From Polyangiaceae bacterium (GTDB lineage: Bacteria; Myxococcota_A; Polyangia; Polyangiales; Polyangiaceae), in assembly GCA_044376115.1 (NCBI GenBank), contig JBILLK010000006.1, forward strand, positions 64,001-128,000: DNA of 64,000 nt. The letters run 5' to 3'. This document shows, piece after piece, positions 45,732 through 54,621 of the stretch. Within the stretch, counting starts at the first letter, position 1. Every line of letters starts with the position of its first letter. A model generated the notes under the pieces. That model did no database searches. It was not told the DNA's origin and saw only the letters and a list, made by a program, of their open reading frames with translations. The position numbers and the translations under genes were made by a program.

Positions 45732-45881
45732 CTACTTCTTGAAGGTGCCGGGAGCGAGCCGAGCGCGACCCTTGCGGCGGCGGTTGTTGATTACTTTGCG
45801 GCCGCCAGACGTCGCCATGCGCGCGCGGAAACCGTGGGTTCGGAGACGAGAGACGTTGTGGGGTTGGTACGTGCGCTTCAT
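45732..45881 (-). CDS. rpmH: 50S ribosomal protein L34 (missing from the ORF track)
   Basis: Translated by hand: [49 protein letters not shown]. Confidence 0.97.
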   Translation of the reverse strand: MKRTYQPHNVSRLRTHGFRARMATSGGRKVINNRRRKGRARLAPGTFKK

Positions 45882-46027
45882 GGCAGCTTTCTCGAATAGG
45901 CTTCGGTCAGGTCAACCGGAGCGGGCTCATAACTTCCGAGGTCTTGAAAGAAAGGGTGGGACCTTTGCCACACGCCCTTTCGTGGGTCAACCGTTCCGTT
46001 CGTTTTGTAGTAGCCTCCCGCGTCAAC

Positions 46028-47776
46028 ATGAAGCCGTCCGGCCACTCCCGCGCAATCACTTCCTTCGTATTGGGAATCTCGACGTTCCTAGTACCCGCGC
46101 TCGCCCAGGCGCAAGACACCACCTTCTCGTTGGATCGTCTGAGACACGGTGGAGCACCCGACGACGGTGTTGGCGTGTGGCGCCCGGAGCTCTCCGAGAC
46201 TCCAAGGTTTTACACCGAACTTGCTCTTGGTTTTTCGCTCAACCCGTTCCGAGTCGAGCACATGATCGAGGACGAGAATCAGCGGAGACGCTTCAATGAA
46301 TCCGGCGGTGCTCCTGTCGAAGCGCAGTTTGGTGGGTATCTGAACGCTGGCGTCGAGCTCTTCCAGCGCTTCGGTTTTCAGATCATGTTTCCGGTTACGT
46401 TCGCTCAGACCGGCAACGCTACCAGCGCCGCAGGTATTCCGGCGGCGTCGGATGCGGTCAACCTGCAGACCGCAGCGCCTGGTGATCTACGCTTCGATTT
46501 TCGCGGCGTGCCGATTCGCACCGCGGACGGTTTTTTCAAGCTCGGGGCCAACGCAAACATCTTTGCGCCCTCTGGCAACGAAAAGTCGTGGACAGGTGAC
46601 AAGACTGCCTCCGGTGGCTTCGGTATCGCGCCAGAGCTCGATTGGAAGGACTTCATCCTGACGCTCAATACAGGGGTGCACTTTCGCCCCGAGGCTGAGG
46701 TCAACGACTTCTCGGTCTCCCACGAACTGGATTTCGGGCTGGCTGCGTTCATCCCGCTGCGCGACGACCGCGTGCGTTTGGGCGCAGAGATCATTGGGTC
46801 GGTCATGGTGGCCGGGCCAGATGCCGGTAAGGTGATCACGACGCCGCTCGAGTGGATGGTCGAAGGGCGGTTTGCTCTCGACGACAAGAAACGCTTCTGG
46901 CTCAACGGCTCGGGCGGTACGCGACTGACGCCTGGTTACGCGCCTGACTTCAGGACCGGCGTTTCGATCGGCTACTGGTTCCCGCTCGTGGACACCGATC
47001 CGCCGGCTCCTGAGAAGAAGCCGATCGATCCCTTCCGTGGCAACCTCGATACCGACAAGGACGGGTACCCGGACGACCTCGACTTGTGCCCCACCGAGCC
47101 CGAAGACGGCAAGCCGCCGTACTCAACCGATGGCTGCCCAGCTCCGCCCGATCGCGACGGCGACGGCATCCCGGACTCAAAGGACAAATGCCCCGATCAG
47201 CCTGAGGACAAAGACGGCGTTGAGGACGCTGACGGCTGTCCCGAGGACGATGCTGACAAAGACAACATCCCCGACGCAGAGGACGCGTGTCCCAAGGAAC
47301 CTGGAGAGCCCAGCCCTGACAAGGATAAGAACGGATGCCCCCGCTACATCCGCCGCATCGAGGGCTCGAACGAGATTCAGATCCTGAAGAAGGTCGAGTT
47401 TGAAACGGGCAGTGCGAAGTTGCGCACCGACTCGTACCCGATCTTGGACGAGGTCTACCGCCTGCTCGTGGCCAACCCCGAGATCACCTTGCTTTCGGTT
47501 GAAGGTCACACCGACTCCGTCGGCTCGGATCAGAGCAACCTGCTCTTGTCGAAGAACCGAGCGAAGAGCTGCCTCGACTACTTGGCCAAGAAGGGGATCG
47601 TCGCCAGTCGTCTGACCAGCGATGGTTTCGGTGAGGGTAAGCCCATCGATACGAACGACACGCCCGATGGCCGCGCCAAGAATCGTCGGACCGAGTTCCA
47701 CATCCGCAATCAGACCATTCCTGGGGGAGATTCCCCGGCACCGGGCGGCAGTGGCGAGCCCGTTCCGGGCCAGTAA
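46028..47776 (+). CDS. OmpA-family outer-membrane protein (beta-barrel + thrombospondin type-3 repeats + OmpA_C)
   Basis: Signal peptide, DxDxDGxPDxxDxCP repeats, VEFETGSA, VEGHTD and NRRTEF. Confidence 0.92.
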   Translation: MKPSGHSRAITSFVLGISTFLVPALAQAQDTTFSLDRLRHGGAPDDGVGVWRPELSETPRFYTELALGFSLNPFRVEHMIEDENQRRRFNESGGAPVEAQFGGYLNAGVELFQRFGFQIMFPVTFAQTGNATSAAGIPAASDAVNLQTAAPGDLRFDFRGVPIRTADGFFKLGANANIFAPSGNEKSWTGDKTASGGFGIAPELDWKDFILTLNTGVHFRPEAEVNDFSVSHELDFGLAAFIPLRDDRVRLGAEIIGSVMVAGPDAGKVITTPLEWMVEGRFALDDKKRFWLNGSGGTRLTPGYAPDFRTGVSIGYWFPLVDTDPPAPEKKPIDPFRGNLDTDKDGYPDDLDLCPTEPEDGKPPYSTDGCPAPPDRDGDGIPDSKDKCPDQPEDKDGVEDADGCPEDDADKDNIPDAEDACPKEPGEPSPDKDKNGCPRYIRRIEGSNEIQILKKVEFETGSAKLRTDSYPILDEVYRLLVANPEITLLSVEGHTDSVGSDQSNLLLSKNRAKSCLDYLAKKGIVASRLTSDGFGEGKPIDTNDTPDGRAKNRRTEFHIRNQTIPGGDSPAPGGSGEPVPGQ

Positions 47777-48056
47777 CCGCTGGGTACTCAGCGTCGCATG
47801 CAGCCTCTGGGTCGCGTGCGACGCCGGCCCGCCGCGTCTGCTCCACTCCTGTCGCTGTGACTACCTGACCGACACCGACGTGCCGGGCCAGCTCGCCGTT
47901 GATGTCTGCGCGAGCACTCAGCCGAAAGCCGAGGACGACGCTGTCGAGTGCTCTGCCGCCATGGGCGTTGGGCACGCGGAACGCTGCGTGTGTACTGCCT
48001 CGACCGAGAGTTGCGCCGCGAGCCTGTGTCAGCAGACCGCGGCTCGCTCGCCTTGA
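47751..48056 (+). CDS. Small Cys-rich putative lipoprotein
   Basis: Lipobox-like SLWVAC followed by 8 further Cys (CRCDY...CVC). Start uncertain (GTG 47751). Confidence 0.5.
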   Translation: MASPFRASNRWVLSVACSLWVACDAGPPRLLHSCRCDYLTDTDVPGQLAVDVCASTQPKAEDDAVECSAAMGVGHAERCVCTASTESCAASLCQQTAARSP

Positions 48057-48229
48057 CAGAAACTCTGGAACTTTTTCGCTCCGGCCTCGTCACAGTCTCC
48101 TGGCTAAACCGCACATGCACTGGTCAGCCGAGCCCTTGGTAGGGGGCGGTGGTCAAGCGTGAGGCTTGGGTGCGCGATTTCGGATGGTGGGTTCGTCGTG
48201 GGTTGCGCATGAGCTTGTTCTGCGTGACG

Positions 48230-48246
48230 TTGAGAGGCCCTCTCAA
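48230..48246. promoter_or_regulatory. Perfect palindrome, putative operator upstream of the cytochrome c gene
   Basis: TTGAGAGG-C-CCTCTCAA, about 45 nt before ATG 48291. Confidence 0.45.
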
Positions 48247-48290
48247 TCTTCGGGGAAGTGGAAGAGAGAGATGGGCGTACTAGGAGCGAT

Positions 48291-50327
48291 ATGAGAAATT
48301 TTTCGTCCCTTCGACCGATCACTGTTGGGCTTGTCCTTTCGACGGTGGGTGCTCTGGCGAGCGCCTGTGGCTCTGCTGGTCCGGCGGACCCTGCAGTGGC
48401 CAACGCAGGCCATCCGGAGGCCAATGTCGGGAGCTGTGAAGCGGGCTCTGGCGCATTGAAGCCAGTGTCGGGCCCCTTGCAGTCGTCGACGGTCGCGCTG
48501 GGCGCCTTTTCTGAGGGGTCGTACGCGGGCAAGACGCTTGCCTTCATTGCCGATGAAGACGGTAAGAGCTTGGTGGTTGTGGACGTAGACGAGCGCAAGG
48601 AGCTGTTCACGACCAAGCTCGAGGGCACCCCTGGTCAGACTATGTTGCTCGAGGACGGTCGGTTGCTCGTAACCTTGCGCGACTCGAACAAGCTGGCGGT
48701 GTATCACCCCTCGGCCGACGGCACGCTGGTGAAGGGTTGCGCTGTCGATACCGCCCAAGAGCCGATCGCGCTCGCGCTCACGCCCGACAAGAAGACGCTG
48801 CTTATGACGGCGGGGTTTGGTCGCACGCTAGAAGCCTTTGATGCGGCAACCTTGTCGAAGAAGGCCGCTGTGAAGCTCGCTCGAGAGCCGCGCACGGTGG
48901 TCGTCGATGACGCCGGTAAGGTTGCGTATGTCTCGCACGCAGTTGGGGCAAAGGTCAGTATCGTGGACCTCGCGACGATGAAGCCTGAGCGGGCGCTGGA
49001 CGTGTTGGTCAACCCCAACCAGGTTTCGGCGGGTCTCGAGCGCCGACCGTTCAGCCTAGCTGCTGCGGTGGACGGCGCGGTTGGGACCGAGAACGGCGAG
49101 AAGCTAGTGCCCGGTCGGTTCGGCACTCGCATGGGCTGTCAGGGCTACCCGCTGGTGAAGTCGGTGGCACCGAAGGGCCGCATCCTAGCCCCCCAAATTC
49201 TCGTTGACCCAGGTGATCCCGAGAATCGCGCGCAAGGCTACGGGGACGCGAACGTTCCAACCGAGGTTGCGAGCGTTGGGGTCATCGACACAGGAACGCG
49301 AAAGTTCGTTAACGCCTCCTTCTCCAACGGGCCCGACCAAGTGTTCGGTCGTGGCGGCTCGGAGGTTGAGATGGGTGAGTGTCTCCTCCCGCGTGCGGCG
49401 GCGACGGACGATGCAACCTCGACGCTCCTGGTCACCTGTTTTGGTATCGATGCGTTGGTGGCTTACGACGCTGCGGCGGCCAACCCGGTCAGCATCGAGA
49501 AGGCTCGCTGGGACGTTGGCTCTGGTCCAACCGGTGTGGCGGTTGACGCCGACAACGGACGCGCCGTCGTCTGGTCGCAGTTTGAGCGCAGTCTCGAGGT
49601 GGTCGATCTCAACCAGATGGGATCGGGCGAGCCGCGCATGGGCAAGCCCGACCGTCTGGCGCTAAAGCCGATGAGTGAGCCCATGCCGCTCTCGGTCATG
49701 TTGGGCCGTCAGATCTTTCACTCCACCGGCGATGCCCGCGTCTCGCGCGATGGTCGTGCCTGTGCGAGCTGCCACCCCGATGGTCGTGACGACGCCATCA
49801 CCTGGGCAACGCCGGACGGTCCGCGCCGCACCATCATGCTTGCTGGGCGTCTCAACGGAACCGCGCCGTTCTCCTGGAATGGCGACACCAAGGACGTTCG
49901 CGAGCACCTCGTTCACACCTTCGAGCGTCTGAATGGCCAGGGGTTGCGCAACGTCGAGCTCGAGTCGCTCGTTGCATACCTCGAGGCGATGCCGGCTCCC
50001 CCGCGCGACAACTCGCTCGACGCAGCGTTGGTGAAGCAAGGCGAGGCCGTCTTCCACTCAGAGAAGGCAGCCTGTGGAACCTGTCACGCCGAAGGTGGTA
50101 ACGACGCCAAGAACCACGATCTCGGGCTCAAGGCTCGAGCCGATCGGAAGGGCGCGTTCAATACGCCATCGCTCAGCTTCATCGCTGGACGCGGACCCTT
50201 CTTCCATGACGGTCGCTACGCAACCTTGCGTGACGCGCTCGTTCAATCCGACGGACAGATGGGCCACACCAAGCACCTCGAAGAGGCCGAACTCAACGCG
50301 CTTGAAGTTTACCTCCAGTCACTGTGA
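48291..50327 (+). CDS. Lipoprotein with YncE/YVTN-like beta-propeller and diheme cytochrome c (CcP/MauG-like) domain
   Basis: AGGAG RBS, lipobox ALASAC, propeller repeats, heme motifs CASCH and CGTCH, FNTPSL and PFFHDG. Confidence 0.88.
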   Translation: MRNFSSLRPITVGLVLSTVGALASACGSAGPADPAVANAGHPEANVGSCEAGSGALKPVSGPLQSSTVALGAFSEGSYAGKTLAFIADEDGKSLVVVDVDERKELFTTKLEGTPGQTMLLEDGRLLVTLRDSNKLAVYHPSADGTLVKGCAVDTAQEPIALALTPDKKTLLMTAGFGRTLEAFDAATLSKKAAVKLAREPRTVVVDDAGKVAYVSHAVGAKVSIVDLATMKPERALDVLVNPNQVSAGLERRPFSLAAAVDGAVGTENGEKLVPGRFGTRMGCQGYPLVKSVAPKGRILAPQILVDPGDPENRAQGYGDANVPTEVASVGVIDTGTRKFVNASFSNGPDQVFGRGGSEVEMGECLLPRAAATDDATSTLLVTCFGIDALVAYDAAAANPVSIEKARWDVGSGPTGVAVDADNGRAVVWSQFERSLEVVDLNQMGSGEPRMGKPDRLALKPMSEPMPLSVMLGRQIFHSTGDARVSRDGRACASCHPDGRDDAITWATPDGPRRTIMLAGRLNGTAPFSWNGDTKDVREHLVHTFERLNGQGLRNVELESLVAYLEAMPAPPRDNSLDAALVKQGEAVFHSEKAACGTCHAEGGNDAKNHDLGLKARADRKGAFNTPSLSFIAGRGPFFHDGRYATLRDALVQSDGQMGHTKHLEEAELNALEVYLQSL

Positions 50328-50335
50328 GGAGCCCC

Positions 50336-51352
50336 ATGAAGCGATTGTCCAGCCTCCTAACGTTTTCAGCGGTTGCTCTGCTTTCAGCGGTTTCCATTGC
50401 TGCTCCAACTGGGCCCAAGGCCAAGGCCAAGCGCACGAGCACGGCGGATGTTTACGAGCGGCTCGCCGAGGGCAAGCTTGAGGTTCCGACCCGCGTAACC
50501 GTTCCCAAGTCCATCCCGGCCTCGGAATCCGCGGAGGGTTTCTACGTTGAGGCTCCCGCCGCGTACGGGGGTAGCGACGTTACCTACGCGCAGATCTTTG
50601 GCAGCAAAGAGGCTGCGCAACGCCAGCAACGAGGTGAAGACGCAACCGTCCTCGGCTGCTTCCAAACCGCGTACCCCAACTCGGGCCAGGAGCAGAATTG
50701 GTCGGGCAACATGAGCCCGAGCACGATCGTTCAAAACTACAAGTCGCAGCGTTACGGCGGTGGCGGGCCGGACACCTCGGTGCAGATGGTTCGGTCCGAC
50801 CGGATCGTCACCGCGGCGGACGGCAAGCTGGATCTCGAGGTCAAGTTTGCCTTCGTTGACGCCGAGACGCACGGTGTGAGGCTTCACACCGAGAGCCGCC
50901 TGCAGCTTGCTTTGCTCGGAGAACTCCCGGGCAAAGTGCAGGTGTACGGGGCCAAATCCGGAGAGGACGTTTCCTTTGTCGTGCGCCGTGAGAAGCAGGA
51001 AAAGGAGCGTTTCTTCTTCGGGTCGGTGATGGCGGCGGTCAATAGCCAGCACGTCGGGAGTGCGTCGGACAGCTGTCCGGTGGTGTTCTCGATGAAGGCG
51101 AGCAAGGGTGGCGCAGACAGCGGCGTGGTTCAGCTCGACGCCGTCTTGGGGGTGACCGAGGTCGAGAATGATGGCGGATTCCTCGCGCAGATGCCGATGC
51201 GTCACATGCCGATGGAGAGCGAACTCCCGCGTGAGGCCAGGGTCCGTTCGATGCGAATTGGCTTTAGCAGTACCTGGTTGAGCGAGGACACCAAGCCGGT
51301 GGTCAGCTTTAGCTTCGGTTGGCTCGGTAAGGAACGCGTTCAGCCCATCTAG
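50336..51352 (+). CDS. Secreted hypothetical protein
   Basis: GAGGAG RBS and a signal peptide; immediately follows the cytochrome gene. Confidence 0.75.
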   Translation: MKRLSSLLTFSAVALLSAVSIAAPTGPKAKAKRTSTADVYERLAEGKLEVPTRVTVPKSIPASESAEGFYVEAPAAYGGSDVTYAQIFGSKEAAQRQQRGEDATVLGCFQTAYPNSGQEQNWSGNMSPSTIVQNYKSQRYGGGGPDTSVQMVRSDRIVTAADGKLDLEVKFAFVDAETHGVRLHTESRLQLALLGELPGKVQVYGAKSGEDVSFVVRREKQEKERFFFGSVMAAVNSQHVGSASDSCPVVFSMKASKGGADSGVVQLDAVLGVTEVENDGGFLAQMPMRHMPMESELPREARVRSMRIGFSSTWLSEDTKPVVSFSFGWLGKERVQPI

Positions 51353-51500
51353 GTTGAGGCGTCTGTACGTGTAACGCAGGGCCGAGCGACTGATGGTTGT
51401 TCGGCCTTGTGTCGTTTGTGCCTTGTGTTCTTCGTCTGAGGCGACTGGCTTCGGGAGCACAGTCCTTGAAGCGGTCACAGAAGTCTCCCATGCTGCTCTC

Positions 51501-52205
51501 GTGAGCGATCCTGTGACAAGCGATGAGCACGCTGATGACGCGGAGGCGGAGCCGCAGGTTGCGCCTGGGCCACGTCAGAAGCCTTGGTCAGCCGTAGCCG
51601 CGGGCGTGGGTATCTTTTTGATGAGTGGGGCCTTCCTATATTCGCTGGATTTAAAGCGACAGGGCCCGTCGGTGAGCAGCGCAAACAAGCCGCCGATCTT
51701 GGGCCTCAATGACCCAGCTACTCAGCGCGCGGATCAACGTGAGAGCGCCGCACGACCGCGAGCCATTCATTGCGCCGAGCCTCGTTGTTCAGCCTCGGAG
51801 CAGGCTTGGTGCGATCCGGACGGTGAGTTTCTCGGCTGCTGTGCGCTGGGCATGGTGAGCACGCCCACAAAGAGCTGCGTTTGCGCTGCCGGCGGCGTTT
51901 CAAAAGGCTCACAGGCCCAGTGTCCCGCAGCGACGGCGAACTATTCGGTAGCAACGGCCATCAAGCAGAAGAGCGAGAACTTCAAGCTGTGTCGCGATTC
52001 GGCCCTTAGGCGGGGGCCAGTCGAGGGCGCTGTGCTGCGCTTTACGGTTACGCCCGACGGCCTGCCGATCCGCACAGCTGTTTCGACGACCAGCATGAAA
52101 GACCCTTCCTTCGAGGACTGTATGGCGCGCTTCATCGAAGAAGTGCGCTTTCCGCCACCACCGGATGGCTGGTTCGAGGCGACCGTGCCCTGGGCTTTCG
52201 ACTGA
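51501..52205 (+). CDS. Membrane-anchored protein with Cys-rich region and AgmX/PglI-like (TonB_C-like) C-terminal domain
   Basis: Single TM and a C-terminal FKLCRD...VLRFTVTPDG...FEDCM...VRFPPP..G..EATVPW.F. Start uncertain. Confidence 0.65.
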   Translation: MSDPVTSDEHADDAEAEPQVAPGPRQKPWSAVAAGVGIFLMSGAFLYSLDLKRQGPSVSSANKPPILGLNDPATQRADQRESAARPRAIHCAEPRCSASEQAWCDPDGEFLGCCALGMVSTPTKSCVCAAGGVSKGSQAQCPAATANYSVATAIKQKSENFKLCRDSALRRGPVEGAVLRFTVTPDGLPIRTAVSTTSMKDPSFEDCMARFIEEVRFPPPPDGWFEATVPWAFD

Positions 52206-52244
52206 CTTGACGCATGCTCGCCCTGGACCCTACGTTCCGCCGTT

Positions 52245-52394
52245 ATGAGTGCCATCGAAGGAAGTGGAAAAACGCCGGGCCGCCCGGTGGACCCGGGAGC
52301 AGCTTGGACGCTCGAGAAGCTGATTATGCTGCTCGTGCTCACGCTCGGGAGCTTCCTGATCTTCATTTACTTTGTTTCGCCGACGCTCAAGTGA
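52245..52394 (+). CDS. Small (49 aa) single-TM membrane protein, not in the ORF track
   Basis: MSAIEGSGKTPGRPVDPGAAWTLEKLIMLLVLTLGSFLIFIYFVSPTLK; fills the gap between genes. Confidence 0.5.
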   Translation: MSAIEGSGKTPGRPVDPGAAWTLEKLIMLLVLTLGSFLIFIYFVSPTLK

Positions 52395-52415
52395 GGCGTT
52401 CCGGCGAACGGTGGG

Positions 52416-53279
52416 CTAATTGCTAACCAGTTCGTCGGCTTGCTGCTTCAGTTCGGCCGTTTCGGGTTGCAGGCCTGCTCGAGACAAGCTGGCGAGCCAT
52501 TGAAGGTGGTTTTGTTCGAGTTCGGTACCGCGCACGATGCGGGCCTCGACCGCCAGCGCAAGCGGCTCCACGTCTCTCCACCCACTGGGGAGTCCTCGGC
52601 TTTCGAGCAGCCGGCTCGCGCGCTGTACCGCTCGCTCGTGGATCGTTAGGCGGAGCACCTGGGCGCTTGCTGCGCCGTCATCCGAATCCGGGGCGCCGAC
52701 TCCAACGATCACCCGGTCGCCGAGGACCCTGCCGCAGCAACCGAGGGCCAGCGAGAGCTCGACGGTGTTCAAATCGAGCCAGGGCGGCATGTCTCGCAGC
52801 GTCGCTGCTCGGTCCTCGACAGCTTGCGCCACGCGGTCGAGGCGCGGGCGAACGCGTTCGTTGAAGGCCGTTCGGTACGCAGGCGCCGCCAAGGCGATAT
52901 CGGCGCGAAGAATCTCGACGGCCGCGCTCTCGAGGGACCTCAAGAGCGCCAGCGCGCCGGCATGGTGCACCTCCGCGGCTGTGAGATCGAGCAGCGGTTT
53001 GGGAGCCTTTTGGAGCAGCTCGTCGATCGTCGGATGCAGCAACGCCAGGCACGAAACGGCTTGTGCCACCTCCTCTTGCGCTAGCAACCTGGTGAGCAAC
53101 GCTGCGTCCTCCTCGAACCAACTCACCGCATTCGAGCCAGCGCATTCGCTGATCCAACGGCAATACGGCGGATTGAAGAGGCTCGCCGCGCGAGCGGCTG
53201 GGGGAGCGTCGTCGGCGATCGGGACGAAGGCCAAGCCGTGAAACACAAGCTCGGCGGCGTCGCTGGTTGCCGCCGCCAT
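52416..53279 (-). CDS. Hypothetical protein
   Basis: 287-aa ORF whose ATG directly abuts the stop of the upstream gene. Confidence 0.7.
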   Translation of the reverse strand: MAAATSDAAELVFHGLAFVPIADDAPPAARAASLFNPPYCRWISECAGSNAVSWFEEDAALLTRLLAQEEVAQAVSCLALLHPTIDELLQKAPKPLLDLTAAEVHHAGALALLRSLESAAVEILRADIALAAPAYRTAFNERVRPRLDRVAQAVEDRAATLRDMPPWLDLNTVELSLALGCCGRVLGDRVIVGVGAPDSDDGAASAQVLRLTIHERAVQRASRLLESRGLPSGWRDVEPLALAVEARIVRGTELEQNHLQWLASLSRAGLQPETAELKQQADELVSN

Positions 53280-53744
53280 CTAGGGCTTGGACTTGTCGTC
53301 TGAGGGGATCGCCATCATTAGGCAGACGGTGGGGGGCGGCGATGCCATGCGCAAGCAGGCGCGCGGTGGCGTTCCCGTTTTTGTTGGCGGTGCGACTACC
53401 GTTTGGTCCGCGCTCGGTGAAGGCGGAGCGGAGGCCGAAGGAAGCGCAGAGGGCTGCGCAAACGGTGACGGCGCCGCAGAGCCAGAGGGCGCGGCCGACG
53501 TGGAAGACGCTGATGACGCGCTCGTCCCCGCTGACTCCTGTGCGGTTCGCGGCACGGGCGGGCTCAAGCAGACGTTGGGCGGGGCATCGGCGCAGGCGCT
53601 CGGTAGCGAGAGGCCGGCGACGGCAGAAGCGACGAACAACGCGCGACGCCGCAAGATCGCGTTGCGGCTCTCGGCCTCCTCATCCAAGCCACCAGCGTCG
53701 TCGTCCTGATCGCGCTGCTCCCCCGGCTCTGGCTTTCGGACCAT
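53280..53744 (-). CDS. Tat-like/lipoprotein peptide with three PPx(V/A)CL motifs
   Basis: ILRRRALFVASAVAGL..PSAC, then PPNVCL, PPRACL and PPTVCL around a Ser/Ala/Pro linker. Confidence 0.7.
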   Translation of the reverse strand: MVRKPEPGEQRDQDDDAGGLDEEAESRNAILRRRALFVASAVAGLSLPSACADAPPNVCLSPPVPRTAQESAGTSASSASSTSAAPSGSAAPSPFAQPSALPSASAPPSPSADQTVVAPPTKTGTPPRACLRMASPPPTVCLMMAIPSDDKSKP

Positions 53745-53829
53745 GCGCCATCCAACGTGGACCGAGGCCCGCCGTCAAGGCTCGCCAAAAGGGCCAACGT
53801 GCGATGGCAAATTCGGATATCGTCCGGCG

Positions 53830-54567
53830 ATGCGCAGTAAAGCTTTTCGGGTTGGGGCCTCCGTCGGTCTGTTGCTCATTCCCAGCGTGGTGTTCGGTCA
53901 CACCGTGCTCGTGGATCCAGCGCCGATGTCGCCGAATGACGATGCGAAACAGGCTCCCTGCGGCTGTGTGATCGGGGATCCCGTCATTCCGTGCGACGAC
54001 CCGTACGAAGTCAGCGTGCTGCAGACCGGCACCGAGATCACCGTCACGTGGAACGAGACCATCGACCACGCGGGCGACTTTCGCGTTTCCTTCTCACCGA
54101 AGCCGCCGACCGAAGTGACCGAAGCCGACTTCGAGGATGCCGCGATTTCGGTGACGGTTCCTGACACGATTCAGGGCGGTATCGGCAGTGCTTCGATCAC
54201 CTTGCCCGACGCTCCATGTGAGTCGTGCACGATTCAAGTTCGGCAGTTCATGAAAGGCTCGGCCCAGCCGTACTACTACACCTGTGCCGCCATTCGTCTC
54301 GAACAAGGCCCCGTTGGAACCGGCGGCGGGAGTGGCAGCGGCAGCTCTGGCAGTGGCAGCTCCGGTAGCGGCAGTTCTTCGACGGGCGGCCCTACGTCGA
54401 GTTCGGTCTCGGGTGGGGATGACGGTGAACCCACGGTGGCGCCGCCAACTCCCAACGACGGTTGTTCGGTTGCGACGGATGCAAAACCGGGCGCAGGAAC
54501 TTTGCTGGCGGGGCTAGCGCTTGCCGTTGCGGCTCTTCGTAAGCGCCGACGCTCGCCTTTGGGCTGA
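53830..54567 (+). CDS. SCE4755-family polysaccharide-monooxygenase-like (His-brace) protein with MYXO-CTERM-type tail
   Basis: Signal peptide ending VVFG|H, KQAPCG, WNETIDHAG, CESCTIQVRQFM, YYTCA, Gly/Ser linker and GCSVA...TM..RKRRR. Confidence 0.82.
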   Translation: MRSKAFRVGASVGLLLIPSVVFGHTVLVDPAPMSPNDDAKQAPCGCVIGDPVIPCDDPYEVSVLQTGTEITVTWNETIDHAGDFRVSFSPKPPTEVTEADFEDAAISVTVPDTIQGGIGSASITLPDAPCESCTIQVRQFMKGSAQPYYYTCAAIRLEQGPVGTGGGSGSGSSGSGSSGSGSSSTGGPTSSSVSGGDDGEPTVAPPTPNDGCSVATDAKPGAGTLLAGLALAVAALRKRRRSPLG

Positions 54568-54621
54568 GCGCGAAGGGCACGGCCGCTCGCCGGCCGTTGG
54601 GAACTCGAGTAGAGCAGAGCT

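Noticed and set aside
45882..46027. Possible oriC upstream of rpmH
   Set aside because: No DnaA boxes, no AT-rich unwinding element and no dnaA.
53277..53282. In-frame TAG-ATG junction as stop-codon readthrough or pyrrolysine fusion
   Set aside because: An ATG directly follows the stop, which simple translational coupling explains; there is no evidence of pyl genes.
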